Below, piece by piece: positions 17,155 through 26,153 of a DNA stretch of 39,735 nt. Position 1 is the stretch's first letter, and the number at the start of each line of letters is the position of its first letter. The notes below the pieces were generated by a model. That model saw nothing but the letters and a program-made list of their open reading frames with translations, did no database searches and was not told the DNA's origin. Source of the stretch: Candidatus Coatesbacteria bacterium (GTDB taxonomy: Bacteria; JAFGND01); assembly GCA_016927185.1 (NCBI GenBank), contig JAFGND010000108.1, positions 1 through 39,735 on the forward strand, given 5' to 3'. Both the position numbers and the translations under genes were made by a program.

Positions 17155-18741
17155 ATGAAGAAAAATTTGAACTATATTATCATTTTGATTATAATTGTAA
17201 TATTTGCTTTATTCATATATTTCAGCAAGAATCTTCTTTATCCCGAGAGAAAAAAAACTTCTTCACCCCAGAAAGAAGAAAAAGCAATTACTAAGGCAAG
17301 CTCAATTGATAAAATAAACAGCCTGGCACTTGATTCTGTTTCCGTTAGTCTACTCTCAAGGCTCAAAGAGAACAGTGTATTGATGATTGGTAATAATACC
17401 TATGGGCATTTTGTTTTTTTCAAACCCTTGATGGATCTATTAAATCTATGGTTTGAAGATGCAAAAAATGGCAGTAAAATAACTAAAATAGGATTAGTTC
17501 TGGAAAAAAGACCTGACCAGATAAGCCTCATAAAAGATTATTTCAGGACAGGAAATGCAGATGTACTCCTTGGAAACAATAAAACAATTATCCCGGCTAT
17601 AATATCCACTGAAGAGATGGCTTTCATAGAATTCCTGTATTTTCTTAAAAAGGATATTGATGAATTCAATAGGAAAGAAAAGACTGAAATCTGTTTCGAA
17701 ATCTTTGGTGAGGAGAAGGAAATAGATCCATCTACTTCAATTGATGATTTGAGGAAGTTTGCTGAAACAGAGAGAGACGAATTCTTGATAGAAAAACTCA
17801 AACATATTTTTGAAGAAAACAGTGATTTCAAATGGATAATCTTCTATGGAAACAGTCACCTCTTCAAGAAGAATAAAATTCCTAAAAAAGGTAGAAACAC
17901 TTATCTGGGATATTATATTAAAGATTATTTCAAAGATAAGGGGAATGCATTCATTGTAGGAGCAAGCCAGTCTTCTGATATATTTCCAGAAAGGAAAGAT
18001 TCATATTATGTTGATTCTCAAAAGATAATAGATCTTCTTAGCATAAAGGAAAAGAAAACTTACGCATTTCTTTTTCTATTTGATGCAATCATAAAATATC
18101 CAAAAGTGAATACCCAACCAGGTTGGATAAGTGCATCATTCACAACAAAAGTATTTAATTGGATGCTTAAGAAACCTCATAAGTATTATCAGGCAAATGA
18201 CCTTCTTATAAGCATGCAAAAAAGAAACCTGATATCCTTTTTTGTAATGATGGATTATAATCCGAAAACTGAAGCTGATTATGATAATGCAATAAAGGAA
18301 ATAACAAGACTTGAAGCAATTATCTCAGAAGATTCAGCTGAGATGGAAAAAAGGAAAAAAAACTGGATGAGATTATTGCAGGATATGGATCTTTTTTCAG
18401 TATGGAAAGATGGAACATATTTCAGGATATTAACTGAAGGGATAAAAATAACAAGGGGAGCAAATCAGTCCTTTCTTAATAATACATTAGCCTATGGCAT
18501 GGGAGAGATTAATCCAGTTATAAAACATGATGATTCCGGGACATATCAGAAGAGAATATTGTCTTACTTCTCCTCCAGAAGCCAACAATTGATTATCTCT
18601 GGTTATCTGAAATTCATGCTCTTGGGGAATAAGACAGAGCAGGAAAAAGCAAGGAAAGTCATGGAAGAGATAACCAAGAAAAATTTCATTCCATCATATA
18701 ACTACATGATTTGGTACTATGGGCATTTTGGTATAATGTAA
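17155..18741 (+). CDS. Membrane-anchored hypothetical protein, possibly of the EreA/ChaN/TraB-like superfamily
   Basis: N-terminal TM. VLMIGNNTYG, LVLE, ERDEFLIEKL and IIFYGNSHL occur in the order seen in that superfamily. Confidence 0.5.
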   Translation: MKKNLNYIIILIIIVIFALFIYFSKNLLYPERKKTSSPQKEEKAITKASSIDKINSLALDSVSVSLLSRLKENSVLMIGNNTYGHFVFFKPLMDLLNLWFEDAKNGSKITKIGLVLEKRPDQISLIKDYFRTGNADVLLGNNKTIIPAIISTEEMAFIEFLYFLKKDIDEFNRKEKTEICFEIFGEEKEIDPSTSIDDLRKFAETERDEFLIEKLKHIFEENSDFKWIIFYGNSHLFKKNKIPKKGRNTYLGYYIKDYFKDKGNAFIVGASQSSDIFPERKDSYYVDSQKIIDLLSIKEKKTYAFLFLFDAIIKYPKVNTQPGWISASFTTKVFNWMLKKPHKYYQANDLLISMQKRNLISFFVMMDYNPKTEADYDNAIKEITRLEAIISEDSAEMEKRKKNWMRLLQDMDLFSVWKDGTYFRILTEGIKITRGANQSFLNNTLAYGMGEINPVIKHDDSGTYQKRILSYFSSRSQQLIISGYLKFMLLGNKTEQEKARKVMEEITKKNFIPSYNYMIWYYGHFGIM

Positions 18742-18763
18742 TTCAAGCAGTTTTTTAATTACG

Positions 18764-19192
18764 CTATTTAATCTTGAATAAACAAGCGCTTACACCAAGC
18801 AAAATCAAGGCTATAATCCTCTGGAAGTTTATTGGTTGCCTTGGTAATCCTATCAAACCGAAATGATCCATTATCGTAGCTGCAAGGAACTGACCCAATA
18901 AAAGTAAACAAAGTGTTGTTGAAGCGCCTTGTCTTGGGAAAACATAAGCTCCAGCAGTTATTATGAAAAGACCGCAGATACCACCTGCTGCAATAGAAAG
19001 GTCTATATTCTTCACCTCTGAAAATCTGAATGATCCATGAGAAATCAATAAAAACAAGATTGCACCGGCAAGAACAATTATCGCATTTATTAAAATTGTC
19101 TGAGCTAATCCGATATTTTTCGCCCAGAGACCATTGAAAGGTCCCTGTAAAGCAACTGCAACTCCAATCAATATTGCTAGAATTATTTCCAT
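18764..19192 (-). CDS. DMT-superfamily transporter (YdcZ/DUF606-like)
   Basis: 142 aa, very hydrophobic, with ALQGPFN, GGICG and GQFLAATIMDHFGLIG. Confidence 0.88.
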   Translation of the reverse strand: MEIILAILIGVAVALQGPFNGLWAKNIGLAQTILINAIIVLAGAILFLLISHGSFRFSEVKNIDLSIAAGGICGLFIITAGAYVFPRQGASTTLCLLLLGQFLAATIMDHFGLIGLPRQPINFQRIIALILLGVSACLFKIK

Positions 19193-20013
19193 TCTATGAA
19201 TTTCCTTATCACTCTAAGTAGCACTTCCGTCCTGTAAATACAAGTCGATCTTACGTCATTTATTGGTGAAATATCTCTGAGCAAGGCATTTCTTAGTTCA
19301 CTCTCTGAAATCCGTCTATTTATTACAGATTCCTCAAGATTAAACAGTCTTGCAGGTATTTCCTTTACGCTTCCTGCAGCAAATCTGCAAGGATCTTTTG
19401 TTTCAAATTCCTTTGCAATATATGAAGAAACAACTATTTTGGAAAGAGAAAGATTCTTCCTGTTTCCTATTTTTCTGAATAATATGCGTCCCTGCTCCAA
19501 TGGTTTTACAATTATTCCAGTGATTAATTCATATGGTTTCCTTGAAGTTCTCTTGTATGAAACATAGTAGTCTTTTAAATCTATCTGTCTTGTTTTCTTG
19601 TCTGAAGTAAGTATAAGGGAACTGTCATGGACAAGAAGTGCAGGGATCAAATCTGCTGCTGGAGAAGCATTCGCAATATTTCCCCCGATTGTTGCAAGAT
19701 TTCTTATCTGTACCGAACCAATATTTATGGCAGAAGCTGCTATCAAGGGGAAATGTTCTGCGATTATATGATTTTCACACAATTTTCTAATTGTTGCAAG
19801 CGAACCAATCCATAAATTTCCATCTTCTTGCAGATTAATAAAAGAAAGCTCTTCTGTAAGATTATTCAAATCAATAAAACTGTTTTTCTTCGAAAGAACC
19901 CCCTTTGCCAAAAGAGGCATCAAATCAGTTCCTCCAGCAAATGGAATGAAATTCTGGTTTTCTTTCAGGAAAGATACTGCTTCCTGTAAGGATTTTGGAA
20001 TAAAAACCTTCAT
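19183..20013 (-). CDS. Xanthine dehydrogenase family FAD-binding subunit
   Basis: PKSLQEA, AGGTDL, IGSVQIRNLATIGGNIANASPAAD and SPINDVRST. Confidence 0.93.
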   Translation of the reverse strand: MKVFIPKSLQEAVSFLKENQNFIPFAGGTDLMPLLAKGVLSKKNSFIDLNNLTEELSFINLQEDGNLWIGSLATIRKLCENHIIAEHFPLIAASAINIGSVQIRNLATIGGNIANASPAADLIPALLVHDSSLILTSDKKTRQIDLKDYYVSYKRTSRKPYELITGIIVKPLEQGRILFRKIGNRKNLSLSKIVVSSYIAKEFETKDPCRFAAGSVKEIPARLFNLEESVINRRISESELRNALLRDISPINDVRSTCIYRTEVLLRVIRKFIEWK

Positions 20014-20489
20014 CTTACTTTGTCCTTCAAACTTTCTATAGCTTGAATTATTTGTTCATATCCGGTACATCTGCAGATATTTCCGCCTATAGCATTTTTT
20101 ATCTGAATTCTGTCTTCACAATCCCCTTTCAATATGTAAACATAGTAATAAACTGCCATAAGAAGTCCTGGAGTGCAAAAACCACATTGTAAAGCCATGA
20201 CTTCCTTGAATGCTTCCTGAATAGGATTCAATTTTTCATCAACCTGTAATCCTTCTATTGTTATAATATCTTTTCTATTGAGTTTGAAGGCAGGATAAAG
20301 ACAGCTGTTAATAAGAGTGGCATTCAAAATAACACTACATGCACCACATTCCCCTTCACGACATCCCTCTTTGGTTCCTGTTAAATGAAGATCCTCTCTT
20401 AAAATTCTGCTGAGTGGTTTAAGTGGAGGAACTTCAAGATCGTATTGCTTTCCATTGACCCAGAAATTTATTTTAATAAAGTCATTCAT
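20010..20489 (-). CDS. Xanthine dehydrogenase family 2x[2Fe-2S] subunit
   Basis: GTKEGCREGECGACSV, NSCL, TIEGL, QCGFCTPG and GNICRCTGY. Confidence 0.95.
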   Translation of the reverse strand: MNDFIKINFWVNGKQYDLEVPPLKPLSRILREDLHLTGTKEGCREGECGACSVILNATLINSCLYPAFKLNRKDIITIEGLQVDEKLNPIQEAFKEVMALQCGFCTPGLLMAVYYYVYILKGDCEDRIQIKNAIGGNICRCTGYEQIIQAIESLKDKVR

Positions 20490-22689
20490 TTTTCTTCATC
20501 CATACTTCAAGAATTCTTTCAGGAAGAAAGGGAATACTGTGAAAATCAATCCCTAGTGCTTGACGAAGAGCATTATTAATTGCTGCAGGAGGACCATTCA
20601 TTGGTAGTTCTCCCAGTCCCTTGGCTCCATATGGACCGTAATTGCTTTTGTTCTTCATGAACTTGACATTTATTTGTGGCATATCCATTGCAGTAGGCAC
20701 AATATAATCTGTCATTGAATTATTCCTGACAACTCCATTTTCAAATATCAAATTCTCATACATTGCATAACCAATCCCCTGCATTATACCTCCCCTTATC
20801 TGACCTTCTGATAACGGTTTATTAATTACTGTTCCTATATCATAGTATGCATGGAATTTCCTTATATCTATCTGGAAGGTATCAAGCTGAACTTCTATTT
20901 CAGCAATATTACATCCAAGAGAATATGATCTATATGCTTCTCCCTGATATGTCTCATCGTCAAAACTAAGCTCTTCTGGATGTCTGTAATCTTCAATTAT
21001 TGTCAATTCTCCATGTTCTGAAATATACTTCCCTGCTTTCTTGTTGAAATCATCCTCGCGGGGAGAGCTTTTCTGTAAAATCCTTTTTAGCTTTTTTGAA
21101 GCTTTGTATATAAGATCTCCAATTATCAATGTGGTCCTTGAAGCTACTGTTGGTCCGCTATCTGGAGTACTTAATGTATCTATTTTACCAACATATATAT
21201 TTTCTGGTGGAATTTGCAAAGCTTTTGAAGCAATCTGAATCATTACCGTATTGCAACCTTGTCCCATATCTATATTGGAAAAAAGAAGCTCAATACTTCC
21301 ATTTGCTTTTAAAGTCAGTCCAGCTCGCGAAGAAAGTATCCTTTCTCCATTTCCTGTAAATCCATTACCATGCATGAACAAGGAAATACCTATCCCTTTT
21401 TTCATCTCTCTGTTTTTTGAATTGAAAATATTATTTTTTTCATATTTGGTAATATACCGAGTTTCTTTCAGTGCATCATTCAGCATTTCAGGCAGTATGC
21501 ACTCGTTTCCTATATTTTGACCAGTGCACAGTATGCTTTGAGGTTTAATAATATTAATTCTACGTATGTCAACAGGATTCATTTTCAACTTTGATGAAAT
21601 TTCGTCAATATGGCTTTCTATTGCAAACATTGATTGAGGAGCACCAAAACCCCTGAAAGCTCCGGATGGAGGAGTATTTGTACATACAAGTTCTCCATCA
21701 ATGACGACATTATCACATTCATATACTCCCATAGCATGAAGTATACTTCTTGATAAAACAACCTTGGATAAAGTCTCGTATGCACCAGCATCAAGAATGA
21801 CTTTTACTCTTGCAGCAACTAGTTTGCCTTCTTTATAGAATCCCAATTCCTGTTTTATAAGTGATGGGTGTCTTTTGGTTGTGAATGCAATATCCTCACC
21901 CCTTTCAAGAATCATCTTTACAGGTTTTCCTGCTTTCATGGTTAAAAGTGCAGCATGTAATGCTAAAAGAGAAGGGAAATCTTCCTTGCCTCCAAAAGCT
22001 CCTCCTGTTGTTGTTGGTTGAACGCTGATTCTTTTTCTGGAAATGCCCAAACCCAATTCAAGTGCTTCTACCACATAGAAAGGACATTGCATTGATCCCT
22101 TTATATTCAGAACTCCATTTTCCATATATCCAATCATACCCTGAGTTTCGAGATACAGATGTTCCTGGTGAGGTGTTCTGTATATTCTCTCGGATTTGAA
22201 ATAAGATTCTTTAAGAAATTTGTCGGCATTTCCCTTTTTTATCCTGAGTCTCCTGAAAATATTATCTTTGTTTACCAGAATTTCTTTTTTGTTCAAGGAA
22301 TCTACCATATCTGTACATGCAGGAAGACGCTCTATAGATAGCTCTAATGAAGCTAAAACATCTTCGAGAAACTCCCTATCTTTATGAGCAATCAAGGCTA
22401 TTGCCTGACCTTTATACCTGATTTCTCTCTCTGTAAGTATAGGTAAATCAGATTCTACACTTGAAACGCAGTTTTTCCCTGGAATATCCTTGTATGTAAC
22501 AAAGACCAGGTCTTTCTTTTTATATTGCTCAGGAATTGAAATCTTGTTGAGAATACCGCGGGTTATTGGAGATCTGACAATTCTGCCATACAGCATATCT
22601 GGCATATAAATATCATCCACAAATAATGCTTTTCCCCTCAATTTTTCATCAGCATCAACTCTATGGAAAATCTTTTTATCCTTCTTCAT
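20482..22689 (-). CDS. Xanthine dehydrogenase family molybdopterin-binding subunit
   Basis: QEHLYLE, GGAFGGKE, AFRGFGAPQ, DMGQG, TVASR, GQIRGGIMQGIG and GAKGLGE. Confidence 0.95.
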   Translation of the reverse strand: MKKDKKIFHRVDADEKLRGKALFVDDIYMPDMLYGRIVRSPITRGILNKISIPEQYKKKDLVFVTYKDIPGKNCVSSVESDLPILTEREIRYKGQAIALIAHKDREFLEDVLASLELSIERLPACTDMVDSLNKKEILVNKDNIFRRLRIKKGNADKFLKESYFKSERIYRTPHQEHLYLETQGMIGYMENGVLNIKGSMQCPFYVVEALELGLGISRKRISVQPTTTGGAFGGKEDFPSLLALHAALLTMKAGKPVKMILERGEDIAFTTKRHPSLIKQELGFYKEGKLVAARVKVILDAGAYETLSKVVLSRSILHAMGVYECDNVVIDGELVCTNTPPSGAFRGFGAPQSMFAIESHIDEISSKLKMNPVDIRRINIIKPQSILCTGQNIGNECILPEMLNDALKETRYITKYEKNNIFNSKNREMKKGIGISLFMHGNGFTGNGERILSSRAGLTLKANGSIELLFSNIDMGQGCNTVMIQIASKALQIPPENIYVGKIDTLSTPDSGPTVASRTTLIIGDLIYKASKKLKRILQKSSPREDDFNKKAGKYISEHGELTIIEDYRHPEELSFDDETYQGEAYRSYSLGCNIAEIEVQLDTFQIDIRKFHAYYDIGTVINKPLSEGQIRGGIMQGIGYAMYENLIFENGVVRNNSMTDYIVPTAMDMPQINVKFMKNKSNYGPYGAKGLGELPMNGPPAAINNALRQALGIDFHSIPFLPERILEVWMKKNE

Positions 22690-22690
22690 T

Positions 22691-24733
22691 TCATTTATTT
22701 CTTTCTAAAACTTTTGAAGGATAGGCTATCCTGAAACCGACATGAGGAAGTCTTGAGTTTGCAGAGATTTCTTCATAATAACAACAAGAAAGAGATTGAA
22801 GATTATCTTTGTAACTTCCTCCCTTTATTATCTGGGTATTGCTGTTTTCAGGCTTATCCTTCCTGCACCATTCAGATACATTGCCTGCCAAATCAAAAAA
22901 ACCTTTTCCTGTAGGAATAAATAATCCAACCGGAATTATTCCTGTTCCGTCTTCATTCAAGCTATATCTTTTTATAACAAGATCTCCAGAATAATCCTTA
23001 TTATTTGAAAGATCAGTTCTTGGATAATCTCCCCAGGGATAAGTATCCCTCTTTTTAATATCTATACAGGAAGCACTTATCCATTCATCCTCTGTTGGCA
23101 AGAATCCTGATGACCATTTGGCATAAGCTACTGCACCATAATAACTTACTAAATTAACTGGATAATTAGCAAATCCTGACTTGACTTTGAAAACTCCATC
23201 CTTCAATTCTATGAGGGATTTAGGATTATCAAGGTCAATATAGCTTATTCCACCTTCAATCTTGTTTCCATTTTTGTTCAGGAAATAAGTATATTCATCA
23301 ACTGTAACTTCCTTTGCCATCATCCACACTCCAGGATGATTGACAAATCTTCCATTTTTCTCTGCAATAAAATTATCTATCCAGACCAGGTCTGAACCAG
23401 TCAGGGGATGTTTCTGAATCCCTTTTGGTACAAGATCAATACGCAATTTCAAATGCTCCCCAGATTTAATTTCTATTTTTGCATATTTTGATTGAAAACC
23501 TTGTTCTTCTATTGTAAGCAGATAATTCCCTGGGGGCAATTTTATTCGGTTTTTACTAACCTTTCCTTGTTGATCTTCATTCTCCCCTTTTATTATAAAT
23601 CCAGCATTATCAGGAGAAGTATCAAGAATTAGAAATCCTGGTATGAAAGACATATCTGGCATTTTCCCAAGGAAAAACAGAGAAGTAATTCCAATGAAAC
23701 AAGCAGAAATAAGAATCAGAAAACAACTTAAATATGTAATTTTTCTTGATTTCTGTCTTGCCACATTTGTTTCAGATTTTTTCTCAGCAATTCCTTCCTC
23801 ATAACTTTCTACTATTGCCTTCTTTTCAAGGGCATCAAGAAAATCCCTTATAGAAAAAAATCTATGTTCAGGTTCTTTGGAAAGCGATTTTTTAATGATT
23901 GATTGTATATAAGATTCTTCATTATCAAGTGTTGGTGGTTTCATGGTAAGATGCATTTCCTTTAGCTCATCAAGACTGTTTCCTTCAAACGGGACTTTCC
24001 CAGATAGCAATTCATAAAAAACTATACCCAGACTGTATATATCACTTGCAGGATTCGCCTCTTTACCTATAAATAGTTCTGGTGACATATATGCTGGAGA
24101 GCCAAGCAGCGTTCCTGAATGAGTTATCCTTGCTTCAAGAGCAGCTTTGGCTATTCCAAAATCAACCAGAACTGCTTTCTCATACTTGTCAAACATGATG
24201 TTAGCTGGCTTCAAATCCCTGTGAATGACTCCCTGAATATGAGCATATTCAAGTGCGCTGCAGATATCTTTTATTATCATTATAATTTTGTCTCTTGTAA
24301 ATCTTCTCTCAAGATTAAGTCTTGTTCTCAAGTCATGACCAGGCAAGTAATCCATTACTATATAATAAACCCCTTCCTGTTCTCCAACATCATAAATTCT
24401 TATTATATTTGGATGACGTAGTCTTGCTGCAACTTTTGCCTCAAGCATAAATCTGCTTATATATTCTTCCTTCTCTGCCAAATTACGAGGCAATATTTTT
24501 ATTGCTACCGGGTGGGACAATTTCTTGTCGTAGCCTTTAAATACCGTAGCACAAGATCCGCCACCTATGAATCTTATGAATTTGTATCTTTGTGAAATCT
24601 CTTCAAATGGGAGGTTTGTTTTTTCAAAGCTTAATGCCTCTTTTTCAAACTCTTCGAGTGTCTTCCTGTCCTGTTCTAAATCATTTTCCTGAAAATCATT
24701 GCCAGTTCTGTTAGAATCTGAACGATTATCCAT
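22691..24733 (-). CDS. Transmembrane Ser/Thr protein kinase with PEGA-like and FGE-sulfatase (SUMF1/CLec-fold) domains
   Basis: Kinase motifs VAIK, HRDLKPAN, DFG and YMSPE, then a TM helix, a PEGA-like segment (LDTSPDNA...PGNYLLTIEEQGF) and FGE motifs (EVT, PVNLVSYYGA, LPTEDEW, YPWG, DLAGNVSEW, GGS, GFR). Confidence 0.92.
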   Translation of the reverse strand: MDNRSDSNRTGNDFQENDLEQDRKTLEEFEKEALSFEKTNLPFEEISQRYKFIRFIGGGSCATVFKGYDKKLSHPVAIKILPRNLAEKEEYISRFMLEAKVAARLRHPNIIRIYDVGEQEGVYYIVMDYLPGHDLRTRLNLERRFTRDKIIMIIKDICSALEYAHIQGVIHRDLKPANIMFDKYEKAVLVDFGIAKAALEARITHSGTLLGSPAYMSPELFIGKEANPASDIYSLGIVFYELLSGKVPFEGNSLDELKEMHLTMKPPTLDNEESYIQSIIKKSLSKEPEHRFFSIRDFLDALEKKAIVESYEEGIAEKKSETNVARQKSRKITYLSCFLILISACFIGITSLFFLGKMPDMSFIPGFLILDTSPDNAGFIIKGENEDQQGKVSKNRIKLPPGNYLLTIEEQGFQSKYAKIEIKSGEHLKLRIDLVPKGIQKHPLTGSDLVWIDNFIAEKNGRFVNHPGVWMMAKEVTVDEYTYFLNKNGNKIEGGISYIDLDNPKSLIELKDGVFKVKSGFANYPVNLVSYYGAVAYAKWSSGFLPTEDEWISASCIDIKKRDTYPWGDYPRTDLSNNKDYSGDLVIKRYSLNEDGTGIIPVGLFIPTGKGFFDLAGNVSEWCRKDKPENSNTQIIKGGSYKDNLQSLSCCYYEEISANSRLPHVGFRIAYPSKVLERNK

Positions 24734-24744
24734 CTTTTGCCTGT

Positions 24745-25227
24745 CTAATTCAGAGATATATAGAGATGATAACCTTCTTCTGTTACTGTACTGTCAGGAG
24801 CTGAGCCATCTGCCTTGTTTATCTGCCTGGAAGGTAAGGGAGCACCAGTTTTTAGTTGAATCTTGGTTACTACAGCATATTGCCTTAGATTCCAGCACCA
24901 TGTTTCCGTGGAATCAGTGGATGTATAAATTATATAATAATCTGTCAATTTCAATGTACTTATAGGTTTTGAAGATAATGAAACTCGCTTGGGTCTGGAT
25001 GAAGTATTATCAATAATGCTGAAAGTCTGCACTGGATATTTTTTCAGCATGGTTTTTATTTCCTGTGTAACTGGATGAGGACCCGCATCTTTGTATACTG
25101 TCATGGGAACAGGAGGTGGTTTTTCCTCCTCCTGCTTTTCCTTTTTCTCCTCATACTTCTTAGAAGTTCCACATGAAAGCAAGAAGCAGAAAAAAATACA
25201 AATCGTAAAAAGAACTTGTTTTTTCAT
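24745..25227 (-). CDS. Hypothetical lipoprotein
   Basis: MKKQVLFTICIFFCFLLSC gives a lipobox, followed by a charged and Pro-rich linker. Its start overlaps the upstream stop (TAATG). Confidence 0.72.
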   Translation of the reverse strand: MKKQVLFTICIFFCFLLSCGTSKKYEEKKEKQEEEKPPPVPMTVYKDAGPHPVTQEIKTMLKKYPVQTFSIIDNTSSRPKRVSLSSKPISTLKLTDYYIIYTSTDSTETWCWNLRQYAVVTKIQLKTGAPLPSRQINKADGSAPDSTVTEEGYHLYISLN

Positions 25228-26042
25228 TATTCTTTCAATTGTGCTGGTGGAACAGGTTTGATACTATCAGCTTCCTTGTTGAAATTCTTGTTGAAAGTTT
25301 CGAAGGATCTCAGTACCTCAAGAGGAACTGCAAAAATTATCGTGTTGCTTTGATCGGATGCTACATCATTAAGCGTTTGTAGTGTTCTCAAGTGAAGAGC
25401 TCCTGGGTTTGTTGTTAAAATCTCAGCGGCTTTCGCCATATTCTTTGCAGCGATTACTTCTCCCTCTGCCTTGATAATAACTGCACGGCGCTCTCTTTCG
25501 GCTTCTGCTTGCTTGGCAAGTGTTCTTTTCATGTTCTCAGGCAATGTAATGTCCTTAAGTTCAACCGCATCAACTTTAATACCCCATGGATCAGTTGCCT
25601 CATCAACAACTTCTCTAATTCTAGCGGAAATCCTGTCTCTTGAGCTGAGAAGTTCATCAAGTTCCACTTCACCAACAACATTACGCATGGTTGTTTGGGC
25701 AAGCTGACTTACTGCATAGTTGAAATGCTCCACCTCAAGTATAGCTCTTGAAGCGTCTGAAACCTTGTAATATATAACTGCATTTATCCCTACGGAAATA
25801 TTGTCCTTTGTTATTCCTATCTGCTCAGGAACATCTACTGCTTTTATACGTACATCAACCCTTGCATAAGAATGAATTACTGGGATAATGATGTTCAATC
25901 CAGGTTCCATTATTCCCGAATATTTTCCGAGTGTGAATCTTATACCTCTTTCATATTGCTTTATAATTTTTATAGTGGATACTAAGAGAAAAAAGATAAA
26001 AATCGCGAAAATAAACAATAGTATAGCTGCTACTTCTGCCAT
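25227..26042 (-). CDS. SPFH/band 7 (slipin, stomatin-like) membrane protein
   Basis: N-terminal TM, YERGIRFTLG, ITKDN, LAQTTMRNVVG, WGIKV, QAEAERERRA and LRTLQTL. A GGAGG Shine-Dalgarno lies upstream. Confidence 0.95.
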   Translation of the reverse strand: MAEVAAILLFIFAIFIFFLLVSTIKIIKQYERGIRFTLGKYSGIMEPGLNIIIPVIHSYARVDVRIKAVDVPEQIGITKDNISVGINAVIYYKVSDASRAILEVEHFNYAVSQLAQTTMRNVVGEVELDELLSSRDRISARIREVVDEATDPWGIKVDAVELKDITLPENMKRTLAKQAEAERERRAVIIKAEGEVIAAKNMAKAAEILTTNPGALHLRTLQTLNDVASDQSNTIIFAVPLEVLRSFETFNKNFNKEADSIKPVPPAQLKE

Positions 26043-26153
26043 AAAATACCACCTCCAAATATTGTTAAAATCATTTTTATGATTAAATATCGCTTATTTC
26101 TGGCAAGTCTTTTTTTATTTACAACTTTTCATATTCTGCAATATCCTGCAAAA

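Noticed and set aside
20482..22689. Aerobic CO dehydrogenase (coxL) or 4-hydroxybenzoyl-CoA reductase
   Set aside because: The active-site loop is AFRGFG, not AYxCSFR or AYxGAGR. The FAD subunit lacks the Cys-rich [4Fe-4S] insertion of HcrB.
16198..22693. Selenocysteine or stop-codon recoding at the TGA stops of redox genes
   Set aside because: The TGA stops fall at natural domain ends or overlap the next start codon. I saw no protein split at a catalytic Cys position.
22691..22900. Complete diversity-generating retroelement at the FGE domain
   Set aside because: No reverse transcriptase and no template repeat are visible in this window.
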